A stretch of 64,000 bases of DNA from Nitrosopumilaceae archaeon (GCA_965208905.1 OZ242365.1:1888001-1952000), one strand, 5' to 3'; counted from the stretch's first letter, positions 50,417 through 61,687 are shown. A program made the numbers and translations. The notes: a model not told the origin generated them from the sequence alone.

Positions 50417-50661
50417 ATCACCAACACACCATCACATCCCAGATTACCAAGATGCACCAGTTCCCAAATATAGAACATTATAGTATAGAGCAAGATTATA
50501 CAGTGTGGCATAATTTAGATCATTGCCCAATCTGGAAAGAGGGCATCAAAGGTAATAATTAACGATATAAGTAATATGCGCTGGTGAGATGGCGAGCTGT
50601 AAAGCACTGCTGCATGATATAAAAAATCATTAAATAAACCATCTTTGTATGGCTTGTATGG

Positions 50662-52011
50662 GTGGACATATTTGGAGAACCTAATATAATTTCCATAGAT
50701 ACCAATCTAGAACCATTTGAGATATACAGAAACATATCGTATAAACAAAGAGACTCATTTCTATTTGAGTCTCTAGACAGGCCAAGAAGGATGGCCGAGA
50801 TTACAGCGATGGGTTTCTCGCCGGTAGCAAAGATACGGGGGTACAAGGATCACATAACCATACAGAGGGGGAACGATACAAGGATACAGCACACCCAGGA
50901 CCCATTTGGTACGCTACAACACATGATGCGCACATCCAGATATAATAGATACAGGTACATGGGAGGTGCTGTGGGCATAGTAAATTATGATGCCATAATG
51001 TTGACTGAAGATATACCCCACTCACACGACATACCACAACCACTCTTTGAGTTTGGCATGTACGATGATGGCATACTAGTGGACAACCACACAGGGGAGA
51101 CATTCTACTTTTGGTATGATACAGATAGATCACAGATATTCGATGGTATGCATAGATGTCCGCGTGGGGAGTTTGAAACTACAACGCCAATATCCCAGAC
51201 AGATATCAAACAGTTTACTAAAATGATAGAGAAGGCACATCGCTACATATATGATGGCGACATATTTCAGGTGGTACTGTCCAGAAGGTTCTCATTTGAT
51301 ATATCCGGTGACCCTTTGGAGCTGTACGCCAAGCTACGTAAGTTGAACCCATCGCCATACATGTTCCACCTAAAGCAAGACAACAGAGTCACCATAGGGG
51401 CATCACCAGAGATGTTGATTCGCATAACAGGAGACAGTGTCGAGACGTTTCCCATAGCCGGTACACGCCCCATGGGAGATACAAAAGAGGAGACCGCCAG
51501 ACTGGCGCAGGAGCTTACGACCAACAAAAAGGAGTTGGCCGAACATACAATGTTGGTGGACTTGGGTCGAAATGATATAGGAAGGGTGTGCAGATATGGA
51601 ACAGTAAAGCCCCTCTCACTGATGGTTGTAAAGGAGTTCAGTCATGTGCAACATCTGGTAACTCATATTGTGGGCGAGCTGGATTCAAGATATAATATGT
51701 TTGATGCCTTCAAGGCAGTATTTCCGGCAGGAACAGTGACCGGAGCCCCCAAAGTCCGGGCCATGGAGATAATTGATGAGTTGGAGACTCAAAGTAGAGG
51801 ACCTTATGCAGGGGCGGTGGGGTACTTTTCGTATAATGGATGCTGTGACTTTGCCATTGCCATACGAAGTATATTCATACAGGATGGGAATGGAACAGTA
51901 CAGTCAGGTGCTGGCATAGTCTCGGACGCCACGCCCGCTCAAGAGTTTGCCGAAACAGAGAGAAAGGCAGGAGCAATGCTTCAGGCAATTATGGATGGTT
52001 CTAAAAGATGA
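50662..52011 (+). CDS. trpE: Anthranilate synthase component I
   Basis: GDIFQVVLS, NPSPYM, EHTMLVDLGRND, GAPKVRAM. Confidence 0.95.
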   Translation: MDIFGEPNIISIDTNLEPFEIYRNISYKQRDSFLFESLDRPRRMAEITAMGFSPVAKIRGYKDHITIQRGNDTRIQHTQDPFGTLQHMMRTSRYNRYRYMGGAVGIVNYDAIMLTEDIPHSHDIPQPLFEFGMYDDGILVDNHTGETFYFWYDTDRSQIFDGMHRCPRGEFETTTPISQTDIKQFTKMIEKAHRYIYDGDIFQVVLSRRFSFDISGDPLELYAKLRKLNPSPYMFHLKQDNRVTIGASPEMLIRITGDSVETFPIAGTRPMGDTKEETARLAQELTTNKKELAEHTMLVDLGRNDIGRVCRYGTVKPLSLMVVKEFSHVQHLVTHIVGELDSRYNMFDAFKAVFPAGTVTGAPKVRAMEIIDELETQSRGPYAGAVGYFSYNGCCDFAIAIRSIFIQDGNGTVQSGAGIVSDATPAQEFAETERKAGAMLQAIMDGSKR

Positions 52012-52589
52012 AGATACTCATAATAGACAACTATGACTCTTTTGTGTATAATATAGCCCAATATGTTGGAAGTGTCGGCGTTGACTGCCAAGTTGTACGA
52101 AACGATGTAATAGACACACAGGCAGTCATAGATGGCAGATACGATGGCATAATAATATCGCCAGGTCCGGGGACACCCTCAGAACGCAGATACTTTGGTG
52201 CCTGCTCAGACATAATAAGGGATTTAAGCTCCACCACACCCATACTGGGAGTCTGCCTAGGACATCAGGGGATCATCGAAGCGTATGGTGGAAGAGTCAC
52301 CAATGCCGGGAACGTGATGCATGGCAAGACCAGCCTCATCAAACATGATGGTGTCGGCATATTCAAAGGTCTCCCCTCACCGCTGCGAGCCACACGATAC
52401 CACAGCCTAGTGGGAGAAAAGACAACAATACCTGCATCTCTGAAGGTGACCGCCGTGGCCGAGGATGATGGCGAGGTCATGGCCGTGCGTCACAAGAACC
52501 ACCCAGTCATAGGGGTACAGTTCCATCCCGAGTCCATAATGACCGAATATGGAATAGATATGATCAAGAATTTTTTGGAGGAGATATAG
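52008..52589 (+). CDS. trpG: Anthranilate synthase component II
   Basis: IDNYDSF, GVCLGHQ, QFHPES. Confidence 0.95.
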   Translation: MKILIIDNYDSFVYNIAQYVGSVGVDCQVVRNDVIDTQAVIDGRYDGIIISPGPGTPSERRYFGACSDIIRDLSSTTPILGVCLGHQGIIEAYGGRVTNAGNVMHGKTSLIKHDGVGIFKGLPSPLRATRYHSLVGEKTTIPASLKVTAVAEDDGEVMAVRHKNHPVIGVQFHPESIMTEYGIDMIKNFLEEI

Positions 52590-52590
52590 T

Positions 52591-53565
52591 GTGGATGCAG
52601 ATTCGGCGATGATGACTTTACTCTCTGGTGATAATACTGATCAATACAACGCCAAAATAATAGAGTCTTTAGATGATGCCAATGATTCAGATGTCATATC
52701 AATGATAATGGTGATGAAGAGATGCATGATTCCCGTGCAACTATACAACGATGATGTAATTGATATGTGTGGTACCGGCGGGGATCAGTTGGGCACATTC
52801 AACATATCAACGGCAGCAACCTTTGTGGCAGCAGCAGCCGGAGCCCGCATAGCCAAGCACGGAAACCGTTCCAGCTCTGGCGGCATAGGGAGTGCAGACA
52901 TATTTGAGATGCTGGGTGTGCAGATAAATAACATAAACCCTCATGCAATGCTCAAAGGGCATAATCTCTGTTTTCTGTTTGCGCAGAGATATCATCCGGC
53001 CGTCCGGCATGTGGCGGGAGCCAGACGCATACTAAGTAGGCGAACCATATTCAACATGCTAGGGCCCTTGTGCAATCCTGCCAACGTCAGATATCAGCTT
53101 GTAGGCGTATCAGATTATACAATGTTAGAGAGGATACCCCGCATAATGAGCAGATGTGGCTCTATACGCGTAATGAGTGTAATATCAAAAAATGGTCTTG
53201 ATGAGCTATCATCCACATCATCAAGTATGATATGTCTGTACAAGGATGGCCACAGTACCGTATTTAATATGAGTGTAGATGATTTAGGTATATCAGAGTC
53301 GCCCCTAAGCGATATAATACCAGATACAAAACATGAGTCATTGCAGTACTTTGTGGGCGGCATAAGCGGCAATGCCACAGATGGCATAGTACATACAACG
53401 GCGCTAAATGCTGCAGCTGGCATGGTAGTGGCAGGCATGGCAGACACAATACCGGAAGGGTTTGATATTGCCATGGACACCATAAAGTCTGGGCGAGCGC
53501 TACATACACTATGTGAGTTTGTGAGGGAGTTTGGAGATATTGCAGTCTTGGAGGGTATGACTTGA
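52591..53565 (+). CDS. trpD: Anthranilate phosphoribosyltransferase
   Basis: CGTGGD, KHGNR, GSAD, FN.LGPL.NP, GLDE. Confidence 0.95.
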   Translation: MDADSAMMTLLSGDNTDQYNAKIIESLDDANDSDVISMIMVMKRCMIPVQLYNDDVIDMCGTGGDQLGTFNISTAATFVAAAAGARIAKHGNRSSSGGIGSADIFEMLGVQINNINPHAMLKGHNLCFLFAQRYHPAVRHVAGARRILSRRTIFNMLGPLCNPANVRYQLVGVSDYTMLERIPRIMSRCGSIRVMSVISKNGLDELSSTSSSMICLYKDGHSTVFNMSVDDLGISESPLSDIIPDTKHESLQYFVGGISGNATDGIVHTTALNAAAGMVVAGMADTIPEGFDIAMDTIKSGRALHTLCEFVREFGDIAVLEGMT

Positions 53566-54338
53566 GTGGCACACTACAGAGACTAGCAGAGAACTCACGC
53601 AGAGCCATAGATGATGGCATATACAATGTACAAAATACACACCATCATATCAGGCATGATATGGTAGGAGTAATCAAGGCCAAAAGAGAGGGGGCATGTA
53701 TAATATCCGAAGTCAAGTTTGCATCACCATCATTGGGTACCATTACGACGTATACGGACCATACTACAATATCTCAAAAGATGGTATCTGGGGGGGCGGC
53801 AGCAATATCTGTACTGACACAGCCGTACCTGTTTGGAGGCTCACCAGAATACTTTACAGAGATAAGGGAGTCCGTATCAGTACCCATGCTGATGAAGGAC
53901 ATAATATTAGATCATACACAGATTGATGCAGCATTTAATATCGGTGCGGACTGTATCTTGTTGATACAGGCCATATTTGATGCCGGCCACGCCTCGAACA
54001 TTGATGAGTACATATCAAAGGCTCATGATTACAATATGCAGGTACTGTTGGAGGTGCACAGTGATGGAGAGCTAGAGTCCGCCTTGAAGACAGACTGTGA
54101 TATAATAGGAGTGAACAATCGCAATCTGGACACTCTAAAGATATCGCTGAACACAACAGAGCATGTGCTGCGTGATTATGCAGATGAGCGGCCTGCCATA
54201 TCCGAGAGTGGCATAGAGTCGCCTGATGACATAGTATATTTAAACGGGTGCGGCGCCTCGGCATTTTTGGTGGGAACCAGTATAATGAAGGGTGGTAATA
54301 TTAAGAGAGGCGTAGAAAGGTTAGTGAAGGCACTATGA
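53562..54338 (+). CDS. trpC: Indole-3-glycerol phosphate synthase
   Basis: [24 protein letters not shown]. Confidence 0.95.
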   Translation: MSGTLQRLAENSRRAIDDGIYNVQNTHHHIRHDMVGVIKAKREGACIISEVKFASPSLGTITTYTDHTTISQKMVSGGAAAISVLTQPYLFGGSPEYFTEIRESVSVPMLMKDIILDHTQIDAAFNIGADCILLIQAIFDAGHASNIDEYISKAHDYNMQVLLEVHSDGELESALKTDCDIIGVNNRNLDTLKISLNTTEHVLRDYADERPAISESGIESPDDIVYLNGCGASAFLVGTSIMKGGNIKRGVERLVKAL

Positions 54339-55486
54339 GTAAATTTGGAGATTTTGGGGGGGCATACATACCAGAGACTCTGGTACCTGCAGTGGAGGAG
54401 CTACAGCAAGAGTATGCTAGATTCTCGCAAGAGTCTTCATTTAGGTCAGAGTTGGAGTCTTATTTGAAGGACTATGCTGGTAGATATACGCCCATATATC
54501 ACGCCAAGAATCTATCCAAACGTATAGGCGGAGCCCAGATACATCTAAAGCGAGAGGATCTCTGCCATGGTGGCGCCCACAAGATAAATAATACATTGGG
54601 CCAGGCATTGCTGGCCAAACGAATGGGAAAGAGGCGCATAATAGCCGAGACCGGAGCTGGCCAACACGGTGTAGCCACTGCCATGGCCTGCGCAGCTTTA
54701 GGTATGAAGGCCGAAGTATACATGGGAAGCAAGGATGTAGAGAGGCAACGACTGAACGTATACAGAATGAAGTTGTTGGGCGCAGATGTCATACCTGTCA
54801 AGGCAGGTTCGCGCACACTCAAAGATGCCATCAATGATGCCATTCGAGACTGGATAACCAATGTAAATGACACGTATTATCTTTTAGGATCTGCGGTGGG
54901 ACCCCACCCATATCCCACAATGGTACGGGACTTTCAGAGTGTTATAGGGGAGGAGATTTTAGAGCAGATGGGAGTGCCGGATGTTGCCATTGCTTGTGTG
55001 GGGGGCGGATCCAATGCAATTGGCACATTTCATCCCTTGTATAATAAATCAACAAAACTGATAGGTGTTGAGGCTGGAGGTAGTGGTCTTGATAGTGGGT
55101 TGCATTCGGCTACACTGTCGGCGGGGCGGCCAGGAATACTACATGGTATGTTGTCATATCTGCTACAAGACGATACAGGGCAGGTACTTGAGACACACTC
55201 CATATCTGCTGGATTGGACTATCCGGGTGTAGGGCCCGAGCACTCGTACTACAAGGATAGTGGGCGTGTCACGTATAGTGTGGCCACAGATTCAGAGGTG
55301 GCAGACGCATTTACCACATTGTGTAAAACCGAGGGTATAATACCTGCCTTGGAGTCGGCGCATGCACTGGCAGAGGCCATAAAGGTTGCGCCTACTATGA
55401 AAGCATCCGAGGATATCATAGTCACACTGTCTGGACGCGGCGATAAGGATATGGACATCATAAGGAGATATTATGAGCAGAATTGA
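54335..55486 (+). CDS. trpB: Tryptophan synthase beta chain
   Basis: [26 protein letters not shown]. Confidence 0.97.
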   Translation: MSKFGDFGGAYIPETLVPAVEELQQEYARFSQESSFRSELESYLKDYAGRYTPIYHAKNLSKRIGGAQIHLKREDLCHGGAHKINNTLGQALLAKRMGKRRIIAETGAGQHGVATAMACAALGMKAEVYMGSKDVERQRLNVYRMKLLGADVIPVKAGSRTLKDAINDAIRDWITNVNDTYYLLGSAVGPHPYPTMVRDFQSVIGEEILEQMGVPDVAIACVGGGSNAIGTFHPLYNKSTKLIGVEAGGSGLDSGLHSATLSAGRPGILHGMLSYLLQDDTGQVLETHSISAGLDYPGVGPEHSYYKDSGRVTYSVATDSEVADAFTTLCKTEGIIPALESAHALAEAIKVAPTMKASEDIIVTLSGRGDKDMDIIRRYYEQN

Positions 55487-56276
55487 TGATACGTTTGCAG
55501 ACTTGCGCCAGCAAAACCATCGGGCGCTGATACCATATGCGATGGCCGGATATCCGGATTATGATAGTACCTTAAAGATAGTACGGGGCATGGTAAAGGG
55601 AGGTGCAGATATCATAGAGTTGGGGTTTCCATTCTCAGACCCGTTGGCCGATGGGCCAACCATACAGAATGCCGCGACCACCTCACTGAATATTGGCATG
55701 ACACTATCCAAATATTACAGTATGTTAGATGAGATAAGAGACATCACAGATATACCGATTATCTGTATGACATACTCCAATGTAGCGTATAGTGTCGGAT
55801 ATGACAGATTCATATACGATATGCAAAAGCACGGCATAGATGGCATAATACTGCCAGACATGTCAATAGATGAGTCAAAAGAGTACAGAGACATATCAGC
55901 AAAGTATGGCATGGACACCATATTTTTAGCATCCCCGAATAGTACAGATGCAAGGTGTTCTCGTATAATAGAGGCCAGTGATGGCTTTCTGTATCTGGTG
56001 GCGATATATGGAACCACTGGTGCACAGATGGGTGTTCAAAGATATGCAATAGATGCCCTGCTTAGAATAAAGGGTATGAGTAGAGATCTTCCTGTAGGGG
56101 TTGGTTTTGGCATAAGGACCGGTGAGGACATTAAACTGTACGTAAAGAATGGTGCAGACGCCCTAATAGTTGGTAGTGCCATACTGAATGTAGTACGGGA
56201 CGCGCCGCACGACATTGAGACATCTGTATCCAGATATGTCGATACACTAAAGAGAGAGACTACAGAAGGCGCCTGA
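55473..56276 (+). CDS. trpA: Tryptophan synthase alpha chain
   Basis: [26 protein letters not shown]. Confidence 0.96.
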   Translation: MSRIDDTFADLRQQNHRALIPYAMAGYPDYDSTLKIVRGMVKGGADIIELGFPFSDPLADGPTIQNAATTSLNIGMTLSKYYSMLDEIRDITDIPIICMTYSNVAYSVGYDRFIYDMQKHGIDGIILPDMSIDESKEYRDISAKYGMDTIFLASPNSTDARCSRIIEASDGFLYLVAIYGTTGAQMGVQRYAIDALLRIKGMSRDLPVGVGFGIRTGEDIKLYVKNGADALIVGSAILNVVRDAPHDIETSVSRYVDTLKRETTEGA

Positions 56277-56664
56277 TCTTGTCTGCTAGTTTGCAGAACT
56301 TTTCATCTGATATGACAAGGCGCGAATTCCATTGTATTGGTCTGTCCGGATGTCGTGGTATTATATGAACATGTACGTGAGGTACCAATTGTTTGGCTGC
56401 AGATCCGTTATTCTGCGCAACATTAAATGCTGTTGTGTCAGTGGACTTGAGTACTGCTGGTGCAATTACAGAGACCAGTGAGAATAGACTGCCAATTGAT
56501 TCAGCATCCATATCAGGTAGTGTTGTGTAGTGCGTCTTTGGTATTATCAGTGTATGGCCCCACGACAGTGGATACCTATCCAAAAATGCCATGTGATGGT
56601 CGTCATCATATAGTGGATAGGCCTTTCTTGTGCCATTCACTATACTACAAAATACGCAATCCAT
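56260..56664 (-). CDS. HIT family hydrolase
   Basis: DCVFC, GHTLIIPK, HVHVHIIPR. Confidence 0.93.
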   Translation of the reverse strand: MDCVFCSIVNGTRKAYPLYDDDHHMAFLDRYPLSWGHTLIIPKTHYTTLPDMDAESIGSLFSLVSVIAPAVLKSTDTTAFNVAQNNGSAAKQLVPHVHVHIIPRHPDRPIQWNSRLVISDEKFCKLADKIRRLL

Positions 56665-56692
56665 TCTATTGTGGTATAGAATATCAATATAT

Positions 56693-57364
56693 CTAGTCTT
56701 CCAGTTGGAATGTCTTTATTATACGCTCAGCTTCTGCAAGATGAGTGTCATAATCGGCGATATCACTCTCATACTTTACTTCGTATATCATACCCTCGTG
56801 TTCAAAGCTGTATGATATTCCCTGAATGCCAAAGTTGAATATAACCACAGTGTACTCATCAACGTAGCCAGAGTTACCATCTATAATGGCTGTGGATACG
56901 CTTGTGTGATTGAATGCATCTCCAAGGTACTCTTGTATGAGTTCCATCCCCCACTCCCGGTGCTCATCTATATTCTCACCCATTATTCTTGACATGGTTA
57001 CAGATATGGTGGCAGGTATGTCATTCTCTATTGTGTCTGTGTGTACCATGGAGTCACGAATACTTTCGCCCATCTCATCTATGTTGGGAATCTGTCGCTC
57101 CCATGCAGATGGCTGCTCTATACGGTATAGTGATTCGCGCACAACAAAAGTCGAGTCCTCAGATGCCCCCAATGTAATGTATCCCTCATCTACCAGCCAC
57201 TGTACATTTGCCAGATAGTCTGCATCGCCGATGGCGCCCTCAGACCACCATCCTGCAGCGGTCTTTATCCAGTCAGGTATTGCATCAGACTGTGATGATG
57301 CTACAGATATGGTCAATCCAGAACCAAGCACTGCTACAATTGTCAGAATCACCCAAGTATTCAT
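56693..57364 (-). CDS. Secreted protein with thaumarchaeal IPxWIK..AGWW domain and PsbP-like C-terminus
   Basis: Signal peptide MNTWVIL, IPDWIKTAAGWW.EG.I.D..Y. Confidence 0.75.
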   Translation of the reverse strand: MNTWVILTIVAVLGSGLTISVASSQSDAIPDWIKTAAGWWSEGAIGDADYLANVQWLVDEGYITLGASEDSTFVVRESLYRIEQPSAWERQIPNIDEMGESIRDSMVHTDTIENDIPATISVTMSRIMGENIDEHREWGMELIQEYLGDAFNHTSVSTAIIDGNSGYVDEYTVVIFNFGIQGISYSFEHEGMIYEVKYESDIADYDTHLAEAERIIKTFQLED

Positions 57365-57517
57365 GACTGTACTTTTAGATATGCAAGTATTATAGTATTT
57401 TGTTTCCCCGGTTCTGTTAACTTGTCGGGATCTGCTTTCCCGTGTTAACTGTCGGGAGTTGACATTGAACTGTTCCACATATGGCGCCTGTTTCAAACGG
57501 AGCCTCATTGTTTAACA

Positions 57518-57578
57518 GACCTCAATTTCCACTCTGACCTATGTTTCTGCCCCACTATTTTGACCCCATTTCCAGTCA
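57518..57578 (+). repeat. Three ACC..TTTC-type motifs of the iteron family
   Basis: GACCTCAATTTCCACTC, GACCTATGTTTCTGCCCCAC (cf. 9729), GACCCCATTTCCAGTC. Confidence 0.65.
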
Positions 57579-57679
57579 GCGCATGGGAGACCGCATACCT
57601 TGGCCGTCCATACAGAGGTCTGATCCACTATCCCTGACCTCTATTATGCACCCCGGCCGGGCGGCCGCGGCGCTCCGGC

Positions 57680-58483
57680 TCACTGCGTGTTCGTCGACAG
57701 GGAGTCCCATACCAGGTTGGCCGCGATCGTCGAGAGGAACACGGCCGCGATCGTCCGGAGGTGGCCCTCCTTCATCAGTAGGGAGATGCGGGCCCCGACC
57801 AAGCCGCCGGCCAGCCCTCCCGCCGCGAACAACAGACTCATGACCGCGTCTGTGTGGCCCAGCAGCGCGTGCATGATTATGGCGGCGGTCGACGTCATCA
57901 ATATGGCCAGCATGGAGGTGGGCGCGGCGCGCATCATTCCCATTCCCACCACTGCCACCAGGAGCGGCACGAACACCACACCGCCCCCTATACCGAAGAA
58001 CGAGGATATTATGCCCGCCATAAAGCTGGCCGAGGCGGAGAGCACCATGACGAGGCGCGCGTTGGATATGCCGTTACCGCCCAGCTTGGAACGGAGGAAT
58101 ATGTATGCGGCCGAGGCGGCAAGCACCGCGGCGAACAGTATTCCGAACATCCCCGAATCCGCGTCCGCTAGCACGATGGCCCCCAGTACGGTGCCCGGGG
58201 TGGCCAGCACTCCCAGCCTGATCGCCATGGGATAATCTATGCGCTTTTGGCGCGCGTAGGCCGCCGCCGAGCTGGCTGAGCTGGAAAGGGTGGCCGCCAG
58301 GCCGGCCGAGGCCGCCACCGGTGGGGGTATCCCCATGAGCATCAGTACGGGTGTTATGATCAGGCCGCCCGCAAGGCCTACCATGGAGGCCACGGCGCAT
58401 GCGCCCGCCGACAGGGCCACCATCCCCGCATGCGCCCACAAGTCCGGCGCGGCGGCCGACTCTATTACCAAGCCTGACTCCAC
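57680..58483 (-). CDS. TauE/SafE (TSUP) sulfite exporter family membrane protein
   Basis: GLAGG...P, FFGIGGG...VP, A.PTS; GC-rich relative to neighbours. Confidence 0.88.
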   Translation of the reverse strand: MESGLVIESAAAPDLWAHAGMVALSAGACAVASMVGLAGGLIITPVLMLMGIPPPVAASAGLAATLSSSASSAAAYARQKRIDYPMAIRLGVLATPGTVLGAIVLADADSGMFGILFAAVLAASAAYIFLRSKLGGNGISNARLVMVLSASASFMAGIISSFFGIGGGVVFVPLLVAVVGMGMMRAAPTSMLAILMTSTAAIIMHALLGHTDAVMSLLFAAGGLAGGLVGARISLLMKEGHLRTIAAVFLSTIAANLVWDSLSTNTQ

Positions 58484-58559
58484 GGCCTATACGGCCGCCA
58501 CAATGCACACAATAACATCACATACCAAAGCGCCCCCGTATACGCAGATCCCACACCCC

Positions 58560-58887
58560 CCGGCGCGTATGGCGGCATGCCATCCCCGTGGCTGGCGGGC
58601 GGCTCGCCGGCCCGGATCGTTCCGGCCTCCCGCAGCAGGATGATCTCGACGGCTGCCGTGTGCCTGCAGGCGGCGCCCTTTCGCTGGACATGGTACGGGT
58701 AGTCGCAGACGATACCACCCTCGGTGATGGCCACCATGTGCCAGAATACCGGCGAGGACTCGCTGGCCACCTCCCACCGGCTCCTGTCGATGCTGCGGAT
58801 CATCTCGTCGGAGTCGGCCATCCGGACGGCCACCCTCCTTATCGCTTGGGAAGATGCCCCGTTCTTCAGGCGCTTCTTTCCGGCCAT
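58560..58887 (-). pseudogene. SWIM zinc-finger fragment (probable transposase or nuclease remnant)
   Basis: WEV.SES, CDYP (expected CxC)...CRH.AAV. Confidence 0.55.
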
Positions 58888-59275
58888 GGTACGTGTATAT
58901 CACTCGTGACATATAGATCTTGCGCCGTCAAATACGGGATCGGCATATGTCGCACATGACCAAAGGGTCCGGGCGACCGACTCTACCGTGGCGGTGACGA
59001 CCAACGTGCAGGCCGGCACCAGATACAGCAACATACCCAAGTCGGTTCTGGTAAAACTGGGCAACCCTGACCGCATCAGGTTCTCAATAAGGGGGGACGC
59101 GGTCATTGCAAAGGCGCCGACGGCTAGACAGTGAATACCAGAAGTTGGAAATAGCACCCACGTTTGCAGCAGAATCATGCGCGTGGGACTGTAACGTTAT
59201 TGGGTGGGTCGTCCCGACTGTAACAAACGGAGGGTCGTGTAACATCAGGGGGCGGGTACAATACTGCGCAATTTG

Positions 59276-60700
59276 TGAGCTAGTAACTAAACGTCGCGTT
59301 TAGAACCAGATGCCGCTGAGCGACAGATGTTGGTCATATGACCATCCAGAGGAGTTTCCAAGAGACGTTCATTGTCGGCCGGGTTTTGACGCCTAGCCTG
59401 GTGACAGCCTGTACCGGCCATCACGTCACCAACTACACTGGGAGGCGTAAGTGTCGCGAGATGTATCTTTCCTCTCAAGACCATTCCAGCCTTGTTTTGC
59501 AGTTCGTAAACGCCTTGAACGCGCTTACTCCACTGCACTATATAAAAAGCGAAAAGTATGTTGAATGCTGCATTTACGTCCGCATGACACGATACACCGC
59601 AGTTATGGCACCTAAACTTACTACCCTTGCGCCACGTGTTTGTACTACCACACATACAGCACTGTTTTGAGGTGTTCTTTGGGTTTACCTCGATATATTC
59701 TACATTATGTTGTAGGGATTGTTGCGCAATATGGTTACGCGCCTTGCCGCACTGACTTTGTCGCATCAATCTATTCTTGTTTTTCTGACCTTCACCTTTA
59801 CTTGTCATGGTTTTGAGATTCATACCCTCCATGATGATTTTATCACACTGTCTCATTAGTTTCTTGGAGAACTTGCGCATCTTGTCCATCTGTCGATTTC
59901 CCAACTTACGGTATATGCTGTTTAGTGTATCATGCAGTCCGCGCCACTTGTGGGAGTGAAGTTTGCAACGCGACATCTTTTTCTGTATACGCGCTATGTT
60001 GCGCAGTGTGTCTTTCTCGCGTAGTGTAAGCATAGCAATTGTACCATCGGACTTTCCCACAATAAGCGTGTGCTTGCCGCCCATGTCTATACCAGCATGT
60101 ACACCGGTACAGACGCGGTCCGGGACATGCTCGCGTATCGTTACATGTAGTTCAAACTGCCGTTCCTTATCAGCATGGTTCGTAACGTCTACAATCTTGT
60201 ATGATTGTGAGTCTGATGGTAGCCTACCTTTCTGTAATTTGAATGGAATACTACACTTTGGGAAGTATACTACATCACCTTTGGACTTTTTACCCAACGG
60301 CACACTACTATACAGGGGATAAACCTCCCTGCCATACCTCACATAACTACAGTCTTCCATCTTGTGACCTTCCCGTATGGCGCCGCGAGCCCAGGCCTGG
60401 GGGATTGTTCGGCATTTGGTGGCCATCTTATTGGTGTCAAATTCCGACATACCAGCACGACGAGCCTCAATTCCCGCATTGAGCCACATATGGGATTCAG
60501 AATACATTGAGTCAAAATATCGAGTGAGTTTGGTTGATGTCTTGAGACGGTACAGTAGAGTCCTAACAACGTACTTTTCGCCTTTATACTTCATGTGGTA
60601 TAATGAGTTCGGTGGTATTTAAGCGGTGTATTTGGTAGGTTTGTTTGCTCAACTAACTACAGTAGGCTATGATTGAACGCGACGTTTAGTTACCAACTCA
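59276..60700 (-). mobile_element. Solo-TnpB element bounded by 25-bp inverted repeats and a GCAATTT direct repeat
   Basis: 59276-59300 TGAGCTAGTAACTAAACGTCGCGTT vs reverse complement of 60676-60700 TGAGTTGGTAACTAAACGTCGCGTT (23/25); flanks GCAATTTG / GCAATTTA. Confidence 0.8.
59287..60594 (-). CDS. tnpB: RNA-guided endonuclease TnpB family protein
   Basis: GIDMG, IMEGM, TSKQCCMCG..FRCHNCG, HADVNAAFNI. Confidence 0.93.
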   Translation of the reverse strand: MKYKGEKYVVRTLLYRLKTSTKLTRYFDSMYSESHMWLNAGIEARRAGMSEFDTNKMATKCRTIPQAWARGAIREGHKMEDCSYVRYGREVYPLYSSVPLGKKSKGDVVYFPKCSIPFKLQKGRLPSDSQSYKIVDVTNHADKERQFELHVTIREHVPDRVCTGVHAGIDMGGKHTLIVGKSDGTIAMLTLREKDTLRNIARIQKKMSRCKLHSHKWRGLHDTLNSIYRKLGNRQMDKMRKFSKKLMRQCDKIIMEGMNLKTMTSKGEGQKNKNRLMRQSQCGKARNHIAQQSLQHNVEYIEVNPKNTSKQCCMCGSTNTWRKGSKFRCHNCGVSCHADVNAAFNILFAFYIVQWSKRVQGVYELQNKAGMVLRGKIHLATLTPPSVVGDVMAGTGCHQARRQNPADNERLLETPLDGHMTNICRSAASGSKRDV

Positions 60701-60947
60701 GCAATTTACCAAAATAGGGAGGAACGAGCACAAAAAGCACCAGAAGAAAAGGATCTGGTACAACAGCAGATGGATGGTTGAAATAATAATATCCTCGTTC
60801 AAGAGGCTACTGGGCGAGGTTCTCCGGGTGGTAAAACCTGAGTATATGATTATAGGGATTGCTACAAAGATAGCCGCGTATAACAAAACTCAAGACATTA
60901 TGCGCAAGGCCACGGCGTGAGGCGGACAGAACTCCGTCTCACGCGGT

Positions 60948-61373
60948 TTGGTATTCGCATGGCGACTGGACCGTCCAGATCGCGTCAGGTCACGAATTAT
61001 GAAACGCTGTCAGCCCACCGTAAATGACAAGCATAAGGGAGAGGGAGGCGCAAAGCCCGTATATGTAAAGTTTCCCGATCAGCCAGTCATGGAAGTGAAA
61101 TCCTGGACTGCCGTTCACACCAAAGCGATTGAGTGGTTGATTGATACCGGCAAAATCAGCACAGACGAGCAGATAACCATCAAGAGAGGATGGGTGTTGT
61201 ACACGTCAGATGAAGAATATGCAAAGAAGTTCTCCGCACATAAAAAGACTGGGCATGGGTGGTTTGAGTGCAATCGTAGTAGTGAAAACCATATCGATGA
61301 CATTACCAAAATATTTGAACATGCAGGTGTGGACATGGATTTCAAAATCACTATCCGACTAAATGAGGCTTAG
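60948..61373 (+). CDS. Hypothetical protein or fragment, resembling C-terminal DNA-binding domains of restriction-type enzymes
   Basis: VKSW......IEWL...G, GWFE.N.S; family assignment weak. Confidence 0.45.
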   Translation: MVFAWRLDRPDRVRSRIMKRCQPTVNDKHKGEGGAKPVYVKFPDQPVMEVKSWTAVHTKAIEWLIDTGKISTDEQITIKRGWVLYTSDEEYAKKFSAHKKTGHGWFECNRSSENHIDDITKIFEHAGVDMDFKITIRLNEA

Positions 61374-61687
61374 ATCTCTGCTTTCACTCTAGGCGCCTAT
61401 TACACAACAGGTATGATATTTGAAACCGCCCCCGGTATTCATATTCCATACCGGTCATGGCTAAGTCACAACTCTAATCAATAGATTTAAGCGGCGCGTA
61501 TTCAAAACAAAGAACCACATACAGTTAAGGCACATGTATTATCGGTAGAATCGCTTCAGAATTATACACGTTGTTTTCGTCAACGGTCGATATAAAAGCG
61601 TCCTGTTGTAATACAACGGCAGCGTCCGTATATGACAAGTTATGAGACGTTGCATTAAGTCGCAGGACCTGGCCAGAACAAGACAGG

